A stretch of 64,000 nucleotides of DNA from Lingula anatina (taxonomy: Eukaryota; Animalia; Brachiopoda): positions 37,454,401 to 37,518,400 of the forward strand of contig CM120641.1 of the NCBI GenBank assembly GCA_051362555.1. The letters are read 5' to 3'. Shown piece after piece: positions 1-15,647 of this stretch (the stretch's first letter is position 1; each line of letters begins with the position of its first letter). The notes beneath the pieces are model-generated. The model did no database searches. It saw only the letters and a program-made list of their open reading frames with translations, and was not told the origin of the DNA. The translations under genes were made by a program, and so were the position numbers.

Positions 1-3000
1 TAATGGCGGAGAGCCGCTGTTCTTCCCTGCTTAGTATTGTCTTTATGCTCGATTTTTGTGTGTAAACATTCGCTCCATTCTCAAAATGAATTTTTATCGG
101 TAAATGATAGTATAATACTGGCTAAACTAATCACACTAAGATATTTAGATGTCGCATCTTCAACAAATGAATGTATTAAGCAAATCTGTGTGCATTTCTT
201 TGATTTGGCTGATAAGAACAGTAAATCAAATTACAGCAAATGTAACATATTCATTATTTTTTTCGCTGATGAGCTAAATGAATGATGAAAAAGGCAAACT
301 GTCCTGACTGTTGTTTGAAATAAAGTACTAATAAAGTACTAATGGTCTTCGGAAATGAAAGTGTTGTAAAATTGAACTAATAAATTTATCTAACATTCCT
401 TAATACGAAATTTAACTGCAGTTTTAGGTTTGTAATGCGCACTGGAATTATATAAGATGCAGAAATTAAGTAATGTCTAAAACCGAAATCAGTTTGGAAT
501 GTGTCCGATATATACATCAAAGTTATGTTGCTTTATATATTTATAACATTTTGAAAAAGAAAAGTTGGGTTTCAAAATAAGTCAATATCGGTAAGCTGAT
601 AATATTTTTGGACAACTGATTCTGTTGTAAAATGACGGACACGGGCTCTTAAAGCTCTCAAATGGTACCGCAACGGCAAAACGACGTTAAAGCTTGATGT
701 TGAAATATATGAATTTATTATTTTTATTTCAAAACAACAAGGAACTGGAACACGTACATATATACATGTAACAGATATGTCGTTTTGTGAATAGGTTCCG
801 GCAAATGACTGAGAAAATAAAATCATGTAAAATTATCCTAAAAGAAATCATAAAGTAAGCCAATTTTCAGACCCTCTAAGTCGTCAATATCTAAATGTGA
901 ATAGCATCGGGTAATGAAAACAGAACAATTAACAAGGATTTTCTAAAAGAGAATTGTCAAATGACTTGGATTAATTTTCATTTGGCTAACATGCCGCTTA
1001 AACAAAGTATGACAACGCAGTAAAATCGAATGCTGTCATATTTAATCCCAACACTTGACGTCAGTAAGAATTGACATTTTGGAAATATTCAAAGCAACGG
1101 CCTCCCAAGTTTTACAAAGTTAAGTAGGTAAAAACCAGTTTCACTAATTCGTGTATCAATAAGAAGTCCAAAAGAGATTCAACCGTGAATATTTACTTAA
1201 TAAATATACCAAGAAATAAAAATATTTAAAATCTATTTGGGCTCAAATAGGGCACAAAGCCATGTGTAATTTAAACTAACATAACTAATCTTTGTAGATT
1301 CCTGTAAATCTATACCCACTAGTAAGTAATGGTAGTCAGGCAACAAAACTGCCAGGATAGTGCATTTTCTGAATCTAGACACGGCGTGGACCAAATGAAA
1401 TAAAAATAGCGAATTGTCCTCAGAAAGATGTTCCCCCATGTACTACTTATTGTCAAAAAGGACCATTAAAATGTTCGCAGATCATAAAACATTGTCCAGG
1501 TGTGTTATCTTTCGAACACGATGTTCTGGTTGTCATCACATCTGGCTATCATTATGCACATCAATATAAATAAAACGTTAAAATTGATAAGTATACATAT
1601 CTGCTTTGTGTAATTTTTCTACGTATTCCAATTTTTTGTAATTGGCCTTTCAGATGAGATATGTGACTGGATATTTTAACCTTTAAAATAAATATAAGTG
1701 TTCTTTTAGCCAAAAAATGGAAGGTTTGTTTGATTGTTCAGTGACCTGTGTGGCATGTTTTCCTGCTAGTAATCTTTAGAAATGCGGAAAACTAAAATTA
1801 GTTCGATCAAAAAGCTTTAGAAAATTTCCAGTTGACTGTCTATAAACCTAACAGTTCACAAGGACCTTTTGTGAGAAAATGGAAATAAAAACCCAAGCAT
1901 ACACCCGTCAAGTTAAATGGAATGTGTAAGTAGATATTAGATTTATAGCACGGATATTGTAATATAATTCCAAACTAGCCCAGTGCGCCATATCAGTCTT
2001 CGCAGGAACTAATCAGCAACCAGCAGCTTTTTTCAATAGTAGATCAAAGTCCTTCCTTATTTTACCATGCTTGTATTACGCTCTTTTTGTGACAGATTTC
2101 AATGGCTTGAATTATTGTTTGTCATTTACTGCAAGCTGGGTAACACGATAAGAGGTATTACTATGAACGACGCTATTGGCATTTTCACTAAGCTTTGTGA
2201 TGTCTTGTCGGAAATTAATCAAGTCAATCAATTAAATTCAATCAAGGCAAGGACCACCAGGAATTGCATAATGCCATCGAAAACAGTACATTTCCCAGAA
2301 AACTTATCAACCTTTGGCAAAAACAACGTCTACATATCATATTAAGGAATCGCTTCTTCTTTTTTCATTCTTTTATAATCGCCTTTGGGAAATGGTGATG
2401 GCAGTCTAGTCACCTTTATTATCACGTCAAAAAGATAAACCATACCCGTTCTTGTTACGACAATAAATTGCAATAATGCAAGTTAAATCGTTGTAATTGT
2501 ATACTAGTATATACATCTATAGGATAATTTCAAAGAAATTAGAAAACGGAAACGGTTCATCCTGTACCAGTTATTCTTGCACTGGGGTTTGTGAATTTTT
2601 TTTTTTTTTTAGAAGTGCACTAGGTATTATAGCAGGAAAGGTTACTTCGAACCATTCCAATTTTGGCTTGCTAAAAAGAGGCAACATTCAAGGTATCACA
2701 TTGTCGCGACCGCATAGGTACTGCCTAGTCATTACGTACCACGTTGTAAAGCTGTAGCAACGTGGTAGACTCGATGGCACAACGAGGTGCAATTACTGGG
2801 TAATAACTTATAAGAAGTCAGATGCAACCATGAGTCAATGGCCATAATCATTTTCGATATAATCATTTACTAGTTTTGGCTACAGAAATCAGAGCGATAG
2901 ACAATCGATTTTGATTTCCCATACCATCAGGTTAGCTGAAGCTTACTAGTGCTGGTACGTCTCTTTGAAAGGATGCTGAAACTATGAGTAACTGATATTG

Positions 3001-6000
3001 TATCTTACTTAAGCTTACGTCAAGTGAATTACTGATATTGTATCGTTTAATCAATTTCCACAGAGAGATTATTACGCGATAAACAATTTAATCAGTGAAG
3101 TGAATACCATTTCACCATCCCTGCGGACCAACATTTATTAAACAACAGTCTCACAAGGTCAGGCTGACACCATCCTCCAACAATTTGACTCTCCTGGTAG
3201 ATAAAACCAGGAGAGGGGGGGGGGGGCAAATGTGCCGTCACCATATGTAAATAGAATGAGAAATGTTTCAATGATGGCGTTGCGCCAAGATCTCAGTCAA
3301 GTAACAGCTATGGGCCTTCTAGTATAAGGCCCACAAGAATGTTCCGATGGCGGGCTTACACACTGTAAATGCTCCAACAGGTTAATTTCCCAAGTTCCCA
3401 ATACGTTTGTGTATTTCACAAACACCGAAAAAGATGTATAACATATAAAATCAATTTTCGGAATATCAGATTAATTTTGTTCTTTATTGATAGGACCCCT
3501 ACAGATTGAAGTAGATGGTGAAGTTAGCTTTCAGCAAACAATTTCTGGAGTCAACTTCAGATCTGAATAAATTTAAGGGTCTACTAAGACATTTTGTTGG
3601 TGGATTGATAGCCTTTTCAGTCGTCTTCCTATTAATCCTTCCTGAAATCCAGTACGAACCCAATGACGAACAAAACAGTAAAAACTGTAATAAGAACCGT
3701 CAGATCGTATCCACGAACACACAAACACAAAAAGCCCAAAGCAAAAAAGCTAAAACACTTTCTATTGGCATTTGTTAACGTCGCCAACTAACAAAAAAAG
3801 AGACTTTGTTGAGGTTCCTGTAGAAAGTGTCATATTTCGTCCCCATTACAGGAAGTAACACAAAGAGAGTCTTTGAGTTACATAGTTACCCACGCAAGTA
3901 TTGGTTACGAAAGACACATAGCGGGTGCTATCAGGGCGGTTTTTAACAAAAGCGCCGGCGTTTTGTGGCCAGGGTGTAGACGCTTGAAACTGTCCTGCTT
4001 TGCGATCACTTAGATAATGCGCACCGTTTTTAATTGACAAATTACATGGACTTGTTTTTAAACACCTCGTTTGGATTGTAAACATGAGCAGAGACACATT
4101 TCGACACAATGGTAAAAATAATCTGCTGATGGGAACCTTTTCGTCGTCCTTTCTTAAAAGTAAGGAGCTTCCTTCACCGCTTTCAATCCACCGCAACAAC
4201 AGCATAAAATCTTTTATTCGATGTAGCATTTTCTTATTGTCCTATTCTAGCAAAGAGCAACGTTCATGGAAAATCAACATTTACTAAACAAAAATAGAAT
4301 ATTGAGTGTACATGGTCTTTCATCGTTTTGTCGCAGAGAAAAACTAATTTCCACGGGGTCTTTTAAAGGCGCTCAACTGCTAAGTTGATAATATACAGAT
4401 CATATTCTCTCATTGACTTCTATATTCAAAGAGTTCGGGGCTTGTTTTTCATTTTTCTTTAAATAATGACACTTATGTGAATGAAATCAAAACCTAAGAA
4501 AAACAAACTCCTTTCTTTCGAAATACATATTTTCTCCGGAATGTGTTCAGGTGAAGTTACACGGACAATACATTGACGCAAAACAGTAAATCGTATTTTG
4601 AGGACATTATCATTTTGTCATGTCATAGGACCCAAACCCAATATAGAGGTGCAAATAAGGTCACAGGAGTGCTCTTAAAAACATTTAGTGCACAGATTGC
4701 AAACTTTGTTTGATTATTTTAGGTTCCCACATGAAGAAGTTTGTATCAAAGTTTCACTCTCCTGGAACCATGAATAAAAAAAAATAATTCATTGTCTAAC
4801 CCCAAAAAGGAACATACGTTACTGTCAATAATGCAAAACGTCCTTTTGTGGAATTGTTTTACGCACTTTGAAAATTTAATCGTCACTGGTTTTGTTTTTT
4901 GATTTATCTCCAACAAGTATAACGTTGTAAAAAATTATGATAACCTTCTGTATAGAGCAGTTAATTGTTTTTGAGCGACTTTAGTTTGCTTGTCACTGAA
5001 TATTCAAAAGACGGGGGAAATATGCCCTATATATGTAAGTAAATCATATCAAATCAAATAATGTTTTAAGAATTTGTGAATTACATATGTTTGCATGGAA
5101 GTACAAAATGTCCATTGCTGTGTATAGGATGGCAATACATACATACATACTGTACACAAAGGCAACACGGAGTTTATAACCCCATAACGACGAGTTTCAA
5201 GGGAGGATTACATGAGGCCCAAGATTACATCTAATGCTGCAATTTACACGATGAAACCGATTTGTCCTTATAGGGGTAACCATGCAAAACTATGAACTTC
5301 ACCTCACCATTGGGAATTTGTGAAACTAAGAGGGACTCAATTTTGCTGGCCTACACTGTGATTCACGACACTGATTTCCACTGGCCTGACCGTCTTCCTG
5401 GTCACCAGCTGGATAGCATTCAATGCCACACTCGGGGTGTTACAGGCACTGAGGGAGTATACGCATTAAATTTGCCTGAATCTCTGGAGGAGTGCGCGTG
5501 AAGAATGGAAACTGATATTGAAATGATTCCAAGGGGGGCAATGATATGAGAGTGACCTGTAAATTTTTTTCGTTACAAACTAAGAAAAATTTTGCTCACA
5601 AATGATATTTCGGTGTGCCATCGGTCATGCTCTTCAACTACACATCGAAATATTTCTGAATTTGTGATAAAAAAACATTTGATCACTTGTATTTACCAAA
5701 CTAATGAAACTTTTAAATATCTTTGTTAACTTATTACTGAAGCTTACTGAAGTTCCAAAATAAAATCATCAAACTGGTAAATAAATATAAAAGAGTAGTT
5801 AGTTTTCTCCAACCGGTTTTAATTGTATCATCAGCTTTTTTGCTTTACGCGATATAATTTGACGTTCACTAGATGATCCACATAACTTGTTTTTTATGCA
5901 TTTACTTTGCCCAGCGGTAGACGGTATACATGTAGACGGCCGTAGGACATACATGTACGGCATTAACTGAGTCACCGGTCCCGGGAGACTTGTGCCATCA

Positions 6001-7809
6001 GTCTACCTCCTGCGTTGATTTCAGAAACAAATCAAGTTAGAATTTCACCTTGACTTCCATAACGGAAAGAACATAGACTTGCCACCAACGCAATTGCCGC
6101 TGGAACAGTTCTTGGGCGCTGGTCTTGGGACATCCTTTCTATTGCATTCTTATCCGAATTTTATCAAACTAATGAAACTAATGATCTGACTAATTGACCA
6201 TAAGGTGACTTATGATGATTGGATAATTTTTGAAAAGCTAGATTAACTAAATTTAACATCTTGTAGTTTGAATCAGGAATTCTTACGGTATAAACAGATC
6301 TCAACGTTAACGTTAGCTGGCCCAGATTATGTGACAAGCTTAATGGCTATGACTGAAGCGTGTATCATCGCATTCCTTCCAAATCCCTGTTGCCGTAAAT
6401 TTAAGTGTGACCATGAAGATGACTGCGTCTCCGCATTTCAATTCACTATCAATCCAATTGATCGATTTCTTGGGAATAAGTGACACTCATTATATTTCAA
6501 TTGACTTAATTATGGGTAGGATTGCTACAGTGTACATGTATATACTAGAAAAAAATCTCGCCCATATACAGCAAACATGAATCCCTTTTACGTCAGTCCA
6601 TGGAATAACTCGTTTGATTTACACAAATTGAAAAATTCTTAATCATTGGACAATATTTTGAATGCTTAAAAACATACTCTACACCAAATACAGTAGTGAA
6701 ACAAGATCATGTCACATCATCGGAACTGGGTGCGCACCAACCATGTCCTTTTTTTCGCATCAAATGGTGTCAGATCATCATTTTCTCATGTTTCCTCTTG
6801 GCGCACAATATCATTCGCAGTCTCAGTTTGAATATCAAAGTATGAAATACTCTTAACTTCTGAATCCTATATTTTTGCAGTAACTACATGTATACTGCCT
6901 GCTGCCTATAGTAGCGGAACATGTTACAAAATGTTACAGTTTATTTTAACTTGGGTTGTTCTAATGGTGTATTAGACGTTAAATAAAAACTAACTGATGC
7001 AAAACTCTTTATACACATGGATTCTTCAGTAAAAGTCTAAGGTATTCAAAGCCAGTCAAATTTTGCCAACCCAATAACTAGTGCCTAGAAAAAACATCAC
7101 TGCCCCACATATCTCGGGTTCACTCAACTGGTCAATACAGAGATTGTTGTCATGAGGCAGACGTTCCACCCCTCCCCCCCTCCCCCATCCCCTAGCACAC
7201 ACACCCGACCCCTCTTGCCCCGGCCACCACCTTTGTAACTGAACTCATCATATGCATTATTTTCCTATCGTCAGTCCTTCGTATTCTGGTCGTCTGCTGG
7301 GAGAGACCATACCATAGTTAGATCAACCTATCTCGACTGTAAGCACCACGAAATAAGTTTCTCATAATACAGATACTGAATGTCGGCTTCACCATCATTC
7401 GCAAACAAACAACCAATTTCTAATCTGGCATCCCTCCAGTGCGACAGGTGGGATTTTGACCAATCGAAAGCGGCTTACAATTCCAATTAATATGGAACTC
7501 ATAATATGCGTTCCCTTCTATCGGATTAATTTGCTTAATGTCACGACAGAGCGACCTATTGAAATAAGCCGGAGACACGGCTCTATCAGCATGCCATTTC
7601 TGACGTGGATTTAATAAAGAACTTAATATACGAAATCTAACCTATTAAACCTATGCCATCTTTCAACATCATTCCTACTGACAAGATGGTGAAAGCTATG
7701 ACCGCATGGACAATGCGCCTTTCTATTTTAAGGTACACTTTAACTGTTTTAACACATTTTAAATTTTCAACAATTTTTACAGGTATCTAAAATTTTTAGA
7801 TGTACTTAC

Positions 7810-8334
7810 CCAAGAATAAATCCAGCAAAACGACGAGGTGTAACTTTTTGAAGAGGCTGACTGATTTCCAAATAACTTTCATTTTCAGGAAACGACCCAA
7901 TACATAATAATGTTCAAGAAGTACTTTTATCTCGCGTATACGGTGTCTCTAGAGTCTGGTCCTATCTGATTTTGGCCAGTATTCCACCAACCAGTTCTTG
8001 GTATTGTTTTCGATAAAAGGGTGACGACCTCGATTAACTATTCGCGCTTTTCACATGATAAGAACACCGACGTCAAAAATTAAGCGACTCTTCCGCCTCG
8101 TTGGCGTTCACTTTAACTCCGCTGAACTGAATCAAATTCCTGCAATTGGCACGCGATCCTACTAGTGACGTTCCTGCTTTAAAGGAGGATACATTGCCTC
8201 AGTAAAAGAAGAGTTTTTTCTGATTTATTCATACTGTCCTGTCCTCAGCCTAGTTTTGTCCGGTACCTGTGAAACGTTTGGATGTGGTTTCGATCTGCTC
8301 TCGATTCCTGGGACCGACGCTGCCCTTTTTTGAC
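7810..8334 (-). other. Putative exon of an unannotated minus-strand transcript (non-coding or 5' leader)
   Basis: Acceptor cttgtatctttcag|G at 8334 and donor TGG|gtaagt at 7810. An upstream donor TGA|gtaaga at 8413 would define a 78-nt intron. No long ORF. Confidence 0.4.
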
Positions 8335-11300
8335 CTGAAAGATACAAGTAATCACGCCTTTTAGCATTCATCTTTGATTAAATTTGGCCAGGTCTTTCGA
8401 ACTGCGTCTTACTCATCTCTTCGCTCTGAAAATACAATGCTATTCAGTCCGGCCTCTTCTGTATGCCGCCTCACTGTAATAATCCTTGAACGAAATTGGC
8501 GAGCGGTTCAGCAGAGATTATCATTTTACATAAAGTGTATTGACTGGTGCTCTTTACGCACCGATAATTTCTTGAAATCGACAAACGAGATCAAAATATT
8601 TATCTCATATTCCGCAATCACGTCTCATGCTACCTAAGGCAAATTTGTGTAAAGGGTGAGAACCCCTCCCCTTCTCTTCTTTAACGAAAAAACAACAAAA
8701 AGGGCCAGGAATTGTATAAAACTGCCTCTTAAATCTCACACCAGCAATCATGTAAAGGCCACAGTTTTTGAATTTCCTAAAACTAATACATGAACTGCGT
8801 TGCAACCATTTTAAATAACGCGATATTCAGTGCTCTATCGTTTTTCGCGGTTTTATACTCCGAAAATCTTCAAAGATGATCACCTAGAATATAAATAATT
8901 CAATTTAACAAATCTGCCCTGAATTACATGTATCATGGTCTAAACTAAAAGTGTTTCAATTACTTAAACTAGCGTTTTTCTAGGGAAGTTCAGTCACCTC
9001 TCTTTCTCTCTTTCTCCACAGATGACTACATTCTCCGCACCACCTCCCACATCTAGAATATGCTTGTGGCATGTACTTGTGATTTATACGAATGTTTTGT
9101 CACGTGGATTCTGCACCACACCACGTGACAAGGATGGGGACTTTATTCTGAGGATATAGCAAGAGTGGTTAATAAATCAATCGCTAGTTTTATTTTGCCA
9201 TATTAATACATTTCTATTTCTGAATGCGTTGCACAGTTCTGAAAAGAGAAAACGCGTTTTAACGCTCGTCAAGTATCACCCGTTTACTTTGAAGAACTAT
9301 AAAGTATGTATAAGATTACCATTGATAAGTGATAAGCCAGTTGAATGTAACTGTGCTCAATGGGAATCAAAATAAAATTAAGAGGTATTATGTCATAAAA
9401 TATTTGCAAGAGCTTGATCGCAAACACCGCTTACAAAGCAAAGGGAGATGTTATTTTGGCCGTAATGCATACGCCACACCGTGAAAATATTTCTCTTCAA
9501 ACAAAAATAAATCCACTAGCTAACGCGCTTTTGTTATGTGCACTTGTAAAAATACACAGAAATCAAAATATTAGTCAAATCAGAGCATTGACGTTCGTAA
9601 CTGTATTTTTACATTTATTCTTTTCTGTTATTCAGTGTATACGGCTCTGATCCTGAGTGGTTTAGGATTTGTTTCCAAAGTTAAATGATTCTGTGAACCT
9701 GTCTCTAAAAACAATAGGGAACAGTAAATTTAAAATGTAGGAAATCAGATCTACAAATTCAGAATTCAGCCAAAAACGTACCATTCTGCTAAGCTAATCT
9801 ACCGTGTAACGTTTCAGTTCATTAGACCTTTCCCACGCTCGTTAGGTTTCAAATAGTTTGCTTCTGTAACACATTAGTTTATAATTTTTGCTTATTTAAC
9901 GAGCTTATTGGCAACGTTACTCCGTTCTTTAAACTCCAACCTTTAACAGGTTCGACAACCTTTCATCCTGTGAACAGAAGTCTAAAATGGCACGGGCCCC
10001 CTTTTCTATAACACCGGACTTGCAGTCGACCTGTATCGACTTGAAGGCGACCTGCATCGTTTATTTTATACATACCTCTCACGCCCACCGATTAACCTTC
10101 AGAATACGCTCCTCGATGCTGTGCTGTACAATGCAATATATATACGATCTAGGTGCCTGCACAGGTGCGCCAAGGCTGCAAGACCGCGTTTTTCCAAAAC
10201 CGCCACATACCATATAGGTTCTGTCACCAAGATACAATTTGTCGTTAACGAAACATAGCATATATGTCACTAAAGAAAATGATAACGTTTGAGGGCAAGG
10301 ATCCCGTTTGCATTAGAGTCGATTTTATGTCGACTGGTAATATTTTCTCGATGAATTTCATTCCATATCCATTGCCTAGCATGCATGTAAAGGTGAAGTA
10401 CGAACTTACCACAAGAATCGTTCTCAATCGCCCTCTTGGGGTAAGAATACATTGAAATACCCATTAAACAAATGTATATGGGCTCCTGACGCCTGTCTTT
10501 CCCTGCTACATACAAATTCCACAAGGAAATAAGAACCTTTTAGTCTACACTGGTAATTTTTCTACTTTATACCTCACGTAAATTTCATCTTCCTAAAACC
10601 TTGTGTTAAAAGAGACTACATACACTACCACCAACCCCACGCAGTGACATCAGCATCGGTAAAGGTACGGTCTTTAGGGACGTATTTGCTTGACTGAAAT
10701 AACGCTGACCGTTCTAAAAGGAGGACGCTGTCGCGGCGGCAATCTAGCCTTGACAGCCAAGTCACGAAGCCTAAAACGTAAAGAAATGCCGAACCGCTTC
10801 CGCTGTTCGACCAAATAATAATCAGAAACTGGCGTGACTCAGTAGAGTAATCATGGAATTTTTTTAGATTAAAAAGCAGCGGTATTAATAATGTTTCTGT
10901 AATTAAGAGACGTCGATCTTTTTTAATCCAAGGTCAAAAGATGAGTGTTTTTGCGTTTCATGGAGGTTTATTTCTAACTATCATAAAATACCTGTGATAT
11001 ACCCAATATACCCAATATGTTACAAGTATTAATTAAGTTAGCAAGCAGCATGCGTCTTAATTTAGATCAAAAGGAGTTGCCAGCTTATCACAAAACATTG
11101 AAGGTTATCAATATTCAATTGGCACTTGCAAGAAATAAGACATATTAATCTGTTTTTAAGTGGGGATTATTTCAAATTGCTTAGAGTTGCAGGGGTGGTT
11201 CTTAGTGTATTTAACGATATGGGAATGACCAGTAATACGTTTGATTCGGTGCTCTATTGAATTTAAGTCTTTTAATAAGGTTCGTGTTGTTGCGAGTTCG

Positions 11301-13740
11301 ATCTATTTCCAAATTCGTTTGCCATTTGCGTTTGAAGAAAATGCAAGTATTGAAGTATACAAGAATAGCAAAATATGTTAAAATATTACAATTGACCAAG
11401 GGCTTTATATCTATTGTTATTTCGACATTCCAGTGGCTTCGAAGTTATCACACTATATAGCACCTATTTGAATAGATAGGATGAAAGAAAATCAAACTTA
11501 CTTCTACAAAGTTTTAGTATTAAACTTCTGTTATTTCAGAAAGTGAGTTATGTTTCCGTTGGTTATTTCAAGGGCGTGTGGCTTTGTGTATACATTAAAT
11601 TGCGAATAAATGACAGTCATCCCTGGTACGTAACAGATTCGGGTAAACATATTAATCGGATATTGTATGCCCCGTGCATTAAGCGTACGCATCTCGGCTT
11701 CTGTCAAATGTTGACACGAAAAACATCCGTCCTATTCTCTGTCAAATTGGAAAGACAAATGCGAAAAGGAAAGCTACAGGGGGTTTACGTAGAACGGTAT
11801 ACGGATCGAAATATTTTCCAATTCTGTATCTCTATCGACTGGGCGCGAGGAAGCAATCCTCAGAACTACAGGGCAAGGACGGATATTAGTTATTTCCAAG
11901 GGTGATGGCCCCTTAATAAAAAACAACGTGTGGAGCCAGGGGAATCCGTTGCTTTTGTCTCCTATGAATTGATTATTAAAAAAGATACGAGACTGGTTCG
12001 TTATTACGAATTAGATCCCCACTTCATTGTGAACAATTTTGAAAGCGACATTATCAGCATATATGATCAATACGCAATAAACCTTGAAGCGCTTTCCTTA
12101 TGCCTTATATCAGTGATAATGACTGACTTCAGATATCTTGAGAGAGAGAGAATCTGATAAACAACTTAATAAGCGAACGCAACAAGGTATTGACGTTTTG
12201 CAAAATTCACTTCGGTGTACAGACGTTCACGATTGGCACTGACTCTCGGATTACTTCTACGGAGCGATGTTCTAAGTACCAAATCTTTTAAGTCTACTTT
12301 AACCATGCTTACCAGCATTAAGAAATGCCTAAATAATTCATCGGTCGACTCTCTTTGTCAACCACCCACTGCTTATTTAGGTCTTCAGGCCATATGCCAA
12401 CTTCTAAATATTTCAGGAACTCGGAGATAATGAGTTTTACTTTGCTATCATATGTATGATTGCATAATATCAATAATTCAGTTATATATAACTTCTCTCA
12501 GTGCAAAGGTTACACTGCATTTAAACGAAATGCGTTTTTCATATTTCAGATTTCCGTACAAAATTTTGCCAAGTAGAACAACAGAAGTTGAATCACTAAG
12601 TTGATACATGTAGTTACATTTGTACAAGGAAAAAATGCGCTTATTCTGTTACTTCTGAAACATTCGCGAGTCTAAAGACCAGAATATATTTTGCCTTTGA
12701 TAAAAGAAATTGGAATAATACTTATAGTTTCTTAATGTAAAACATACATTTTCACCTTTTCAATAAGTAGACGAGTACAAGGGAACTCTTCGCTTCAGAC
12801 ATACTCTGAGCTGCTTTTATGTGCCGAAACATTTTGTTCACAAATTGTTGAACTTCAGATACGCAATGTCTAAGTAAAGATGTTAGGTAATGTTTCTTAT
12901 ATCATCTAATTAAAAAAATCCCTATCCTTTTTGATTACCTAGAACGTGCATGCTTTTAGTGTTATATAAAAAACTGGATTCCATTACTATCTATACACCT
13001 GGCTTTTTTTATTCATAAAGTTCAATTCAAACAGTAATCATACCTCGACCCACCTGTAAATACATCCATCTAGTTTACCATGACTTACTACTTAACCAAA
13101 AAACTACTGACCTTTTGCCTAGGTCTGATAATACTTTAAGAAAGCCGTAGATTAAGTAACAGATTAGTCTGTCTATATCTGCAATGATACATGAACATGT
13201 GTTCTGATTTATACTTGTGTATACTTTATTGATAAGAAAGTCTGCAAACAGTGAATATGTACAATTGAGAAAAACTACACATTGGGCATAATGGATACTC
13301 TACCCCAGAGGTCTTCCAACTGTGCAAAATTGTATTAAAGTATCTTTTTGGACCAAAATTCAAAGTGACCGACAAAGCAAAAGTTAATTAAGGTTTTTAA
13401 ATAGACATACCATAGAAACTAGGTTACTTAGAAACTTGTGAAAAGGTGCCATTTCCAGAAAGAGAGAAATTCAAAAAGGGCCGACCGAAACCGCTTTAAA
13501 TGCATCATCAACTTTTTTTGCTCCGGTTTAAGAAATCCCAAATCTCACTGTTGTAAACATTAACATGCACATTGACATTGACCTTGACATACATCATTTA
13601 CCTTTGGCCCGTAAAAATGACACTTGAAAGGAAGCGTTTGTATGCAGTGCTCAAGAGAAGCTGAAAAAGTCGAGGATATTGCATTTCTTTGAAAACGAAT
13701 ATTAATTATCACAAAGAAATGCTGAGGGTCCTTCTTTTGG

Positions 13741-13743
<3 letters not shown>

Positions 13744-13782
<39 letters not shown>
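13744..13782. repeat. (AG)n microsatellite
   Basis: Direct observation. Confidence 0.95.
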
Positions 13783-13786
<4 letters not shown>

Positions 13787-15578
13787 AAATAAATACATTT
13801 CTCCCCTTTCCTGTTCTTGCCCTTTTGCAAGAGCTCTGCAACGGCACCACCTGAACGCACTGTTTGTATAAAGTAGAAGGCTTAAAAGGAGAGCGTCTTT
13901 AAAGTAAATATATAAAGAAACCACAGGAGCTCAAGTGGATACCAAATGGTAGTTCTAACAAACAAAGACCCCCGTTTCCATACGTAGACCAATGGTTTCT
14001 ATAGGAATGGGTCTTAGTTGCATACGTGAGCTGTGATACAATCAGCCACAAAACACGCGTAGCTTGCATAAAATTGAAAGTTTCGCCTTAAAAATTCTAT
14101 AAAAGTTTTCACAGGTCTGTGTGACTAGAAGCATAATACGTTGTCTTAAGAATGTACCGATAGATTTCATAGGTTTCAATGTGAATGCCATGCTATTTAC
14201 AATTTTGATCTTTGTAAAATAATGGTTACGCATATCTCAAAGGTATTAACATACCTATCAATTAAATGCATTTTAGAGGACATAAAATAAAATGAGAAAC
14301 GACTAAATGTAGATGTAGGCTATATCTATAACCAATCTATGTGATCTCAGGTATTAAAATTCATCACCGCTATTTCTGCAAATTTATCGTTTTTTTTTTC
14401 TTGACATGATGATCTCTAATAAAAGTGCTTTCCAAATAATTCAGAATTGCCCTCTGTATTGCAGATTACTACATAAGACATATTTCGACTCCTTTTTGCG
14501 TCCTTTTTGCGACCATGAAACTGGATGTGGTCGTAGAAAGGAGGCACAAGCATCGCTTTGGTTGCAGAATGAATGCTCTATGATCGGCCAGTTGTTGGCA
14601 CGTAAAGTAATTTTTTACTCTCAAACGGGGTCCGTACTACGGAACGCAGAGAGAACGCCGACAAATGTAAAGGGAGCTTAAGAACTTCCGACAAACCCTG
14701 AAACCTAGAGCAGGGCACTTATTAAAAAAAAACTCTCCACAAGAAAGGTGAAAATGCTAAATACCAACTGTGAACAAAAGTTACTCAAAACAGTTATGTG
14801 GTCGGTTCGCCACCCTACCCGAATTACTCACACACAGACAAATAGAAAACAATGACTATGTCATAAACGACTATACAACTTTGATGTGTGATAACAGCCT
14901 TTCTATCATATATAAACCATTAGACTGAATTTGAAAGCAAGCTCAAAGAAAGAACGAGATTCATAAAGCTTAGGAAGCATTCTGAGAAAAAAAGGTCCTT
15001 AAAATGAGAAACTTAATTGCGTAATCTCAGTTTGAAATTGGACTTGAGTGGGGCTTGCTGTTTTATGCAAGCAATGAGATTGCCTATAAATCACTTGAGC
15101 TGAACTCGCATCGCAGGGAAGATTTTCATTATTTTTTCAAATCCCTTTCCTGAAAGGGGAACCAAAAAAGCTAACCAGGCGCTTAAGCTAACAATAACTT
15201 AATCCAGGAGAAAAGTGCATGGCTTTATCCTCCAAGTTGTTCCGTATAGATGATCTCTTGGGATAAAGTGTGCCGCCGGTAAAAAGTTAAAGTGTGACAT
15301 AAATGTAAGTCAGAAAAAAGTGCCAGGAGGTAAATCTCCATCGCAACTTAGATTAGTGTTGTCTTCTGAAAATTGGCTCGGATTTCAACTTCTACGGCTG
15401 GTAAATTAGTTCCATTTTCATAAATGTCAACGATAGGCATGCAAAACGTAAAGGATACAACAGAGAGAAAGGGAGAGAGAGAGAAAGTGTTTATGTTGAG
15501 CATATTGATTTCTATCGTGTCATCAAAAAATAACCCCTGATAAGCAAACGATATATCGGAACTATTACAATGTTGTTC

Positions 15579-15598
15579 GTGTGTGTGTGTGTGTGTAT

Positions 15599-15644
<46 letters not shown>
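15579..15644. repeat. Compound (GT)n...(AG)n microsatellite
   Basis: Direct observation. Confidence 0.95.

Positions 15645-15647
<3 letters not shown>

Noticed and set aside
2737-2767. 10-bp inverted repeat TACCACGTTG...CAACGTGGTA
   Set aside because: Too short for a pre-miRNA or MITE, with no supporting context.
3515-4229. 87-aa and 127-aa ORFs (one with a hydrophobic stretch)
   Set aside because: Non-ATG or weak starts, no recognisable domain and no consistent exon chain in those frames.
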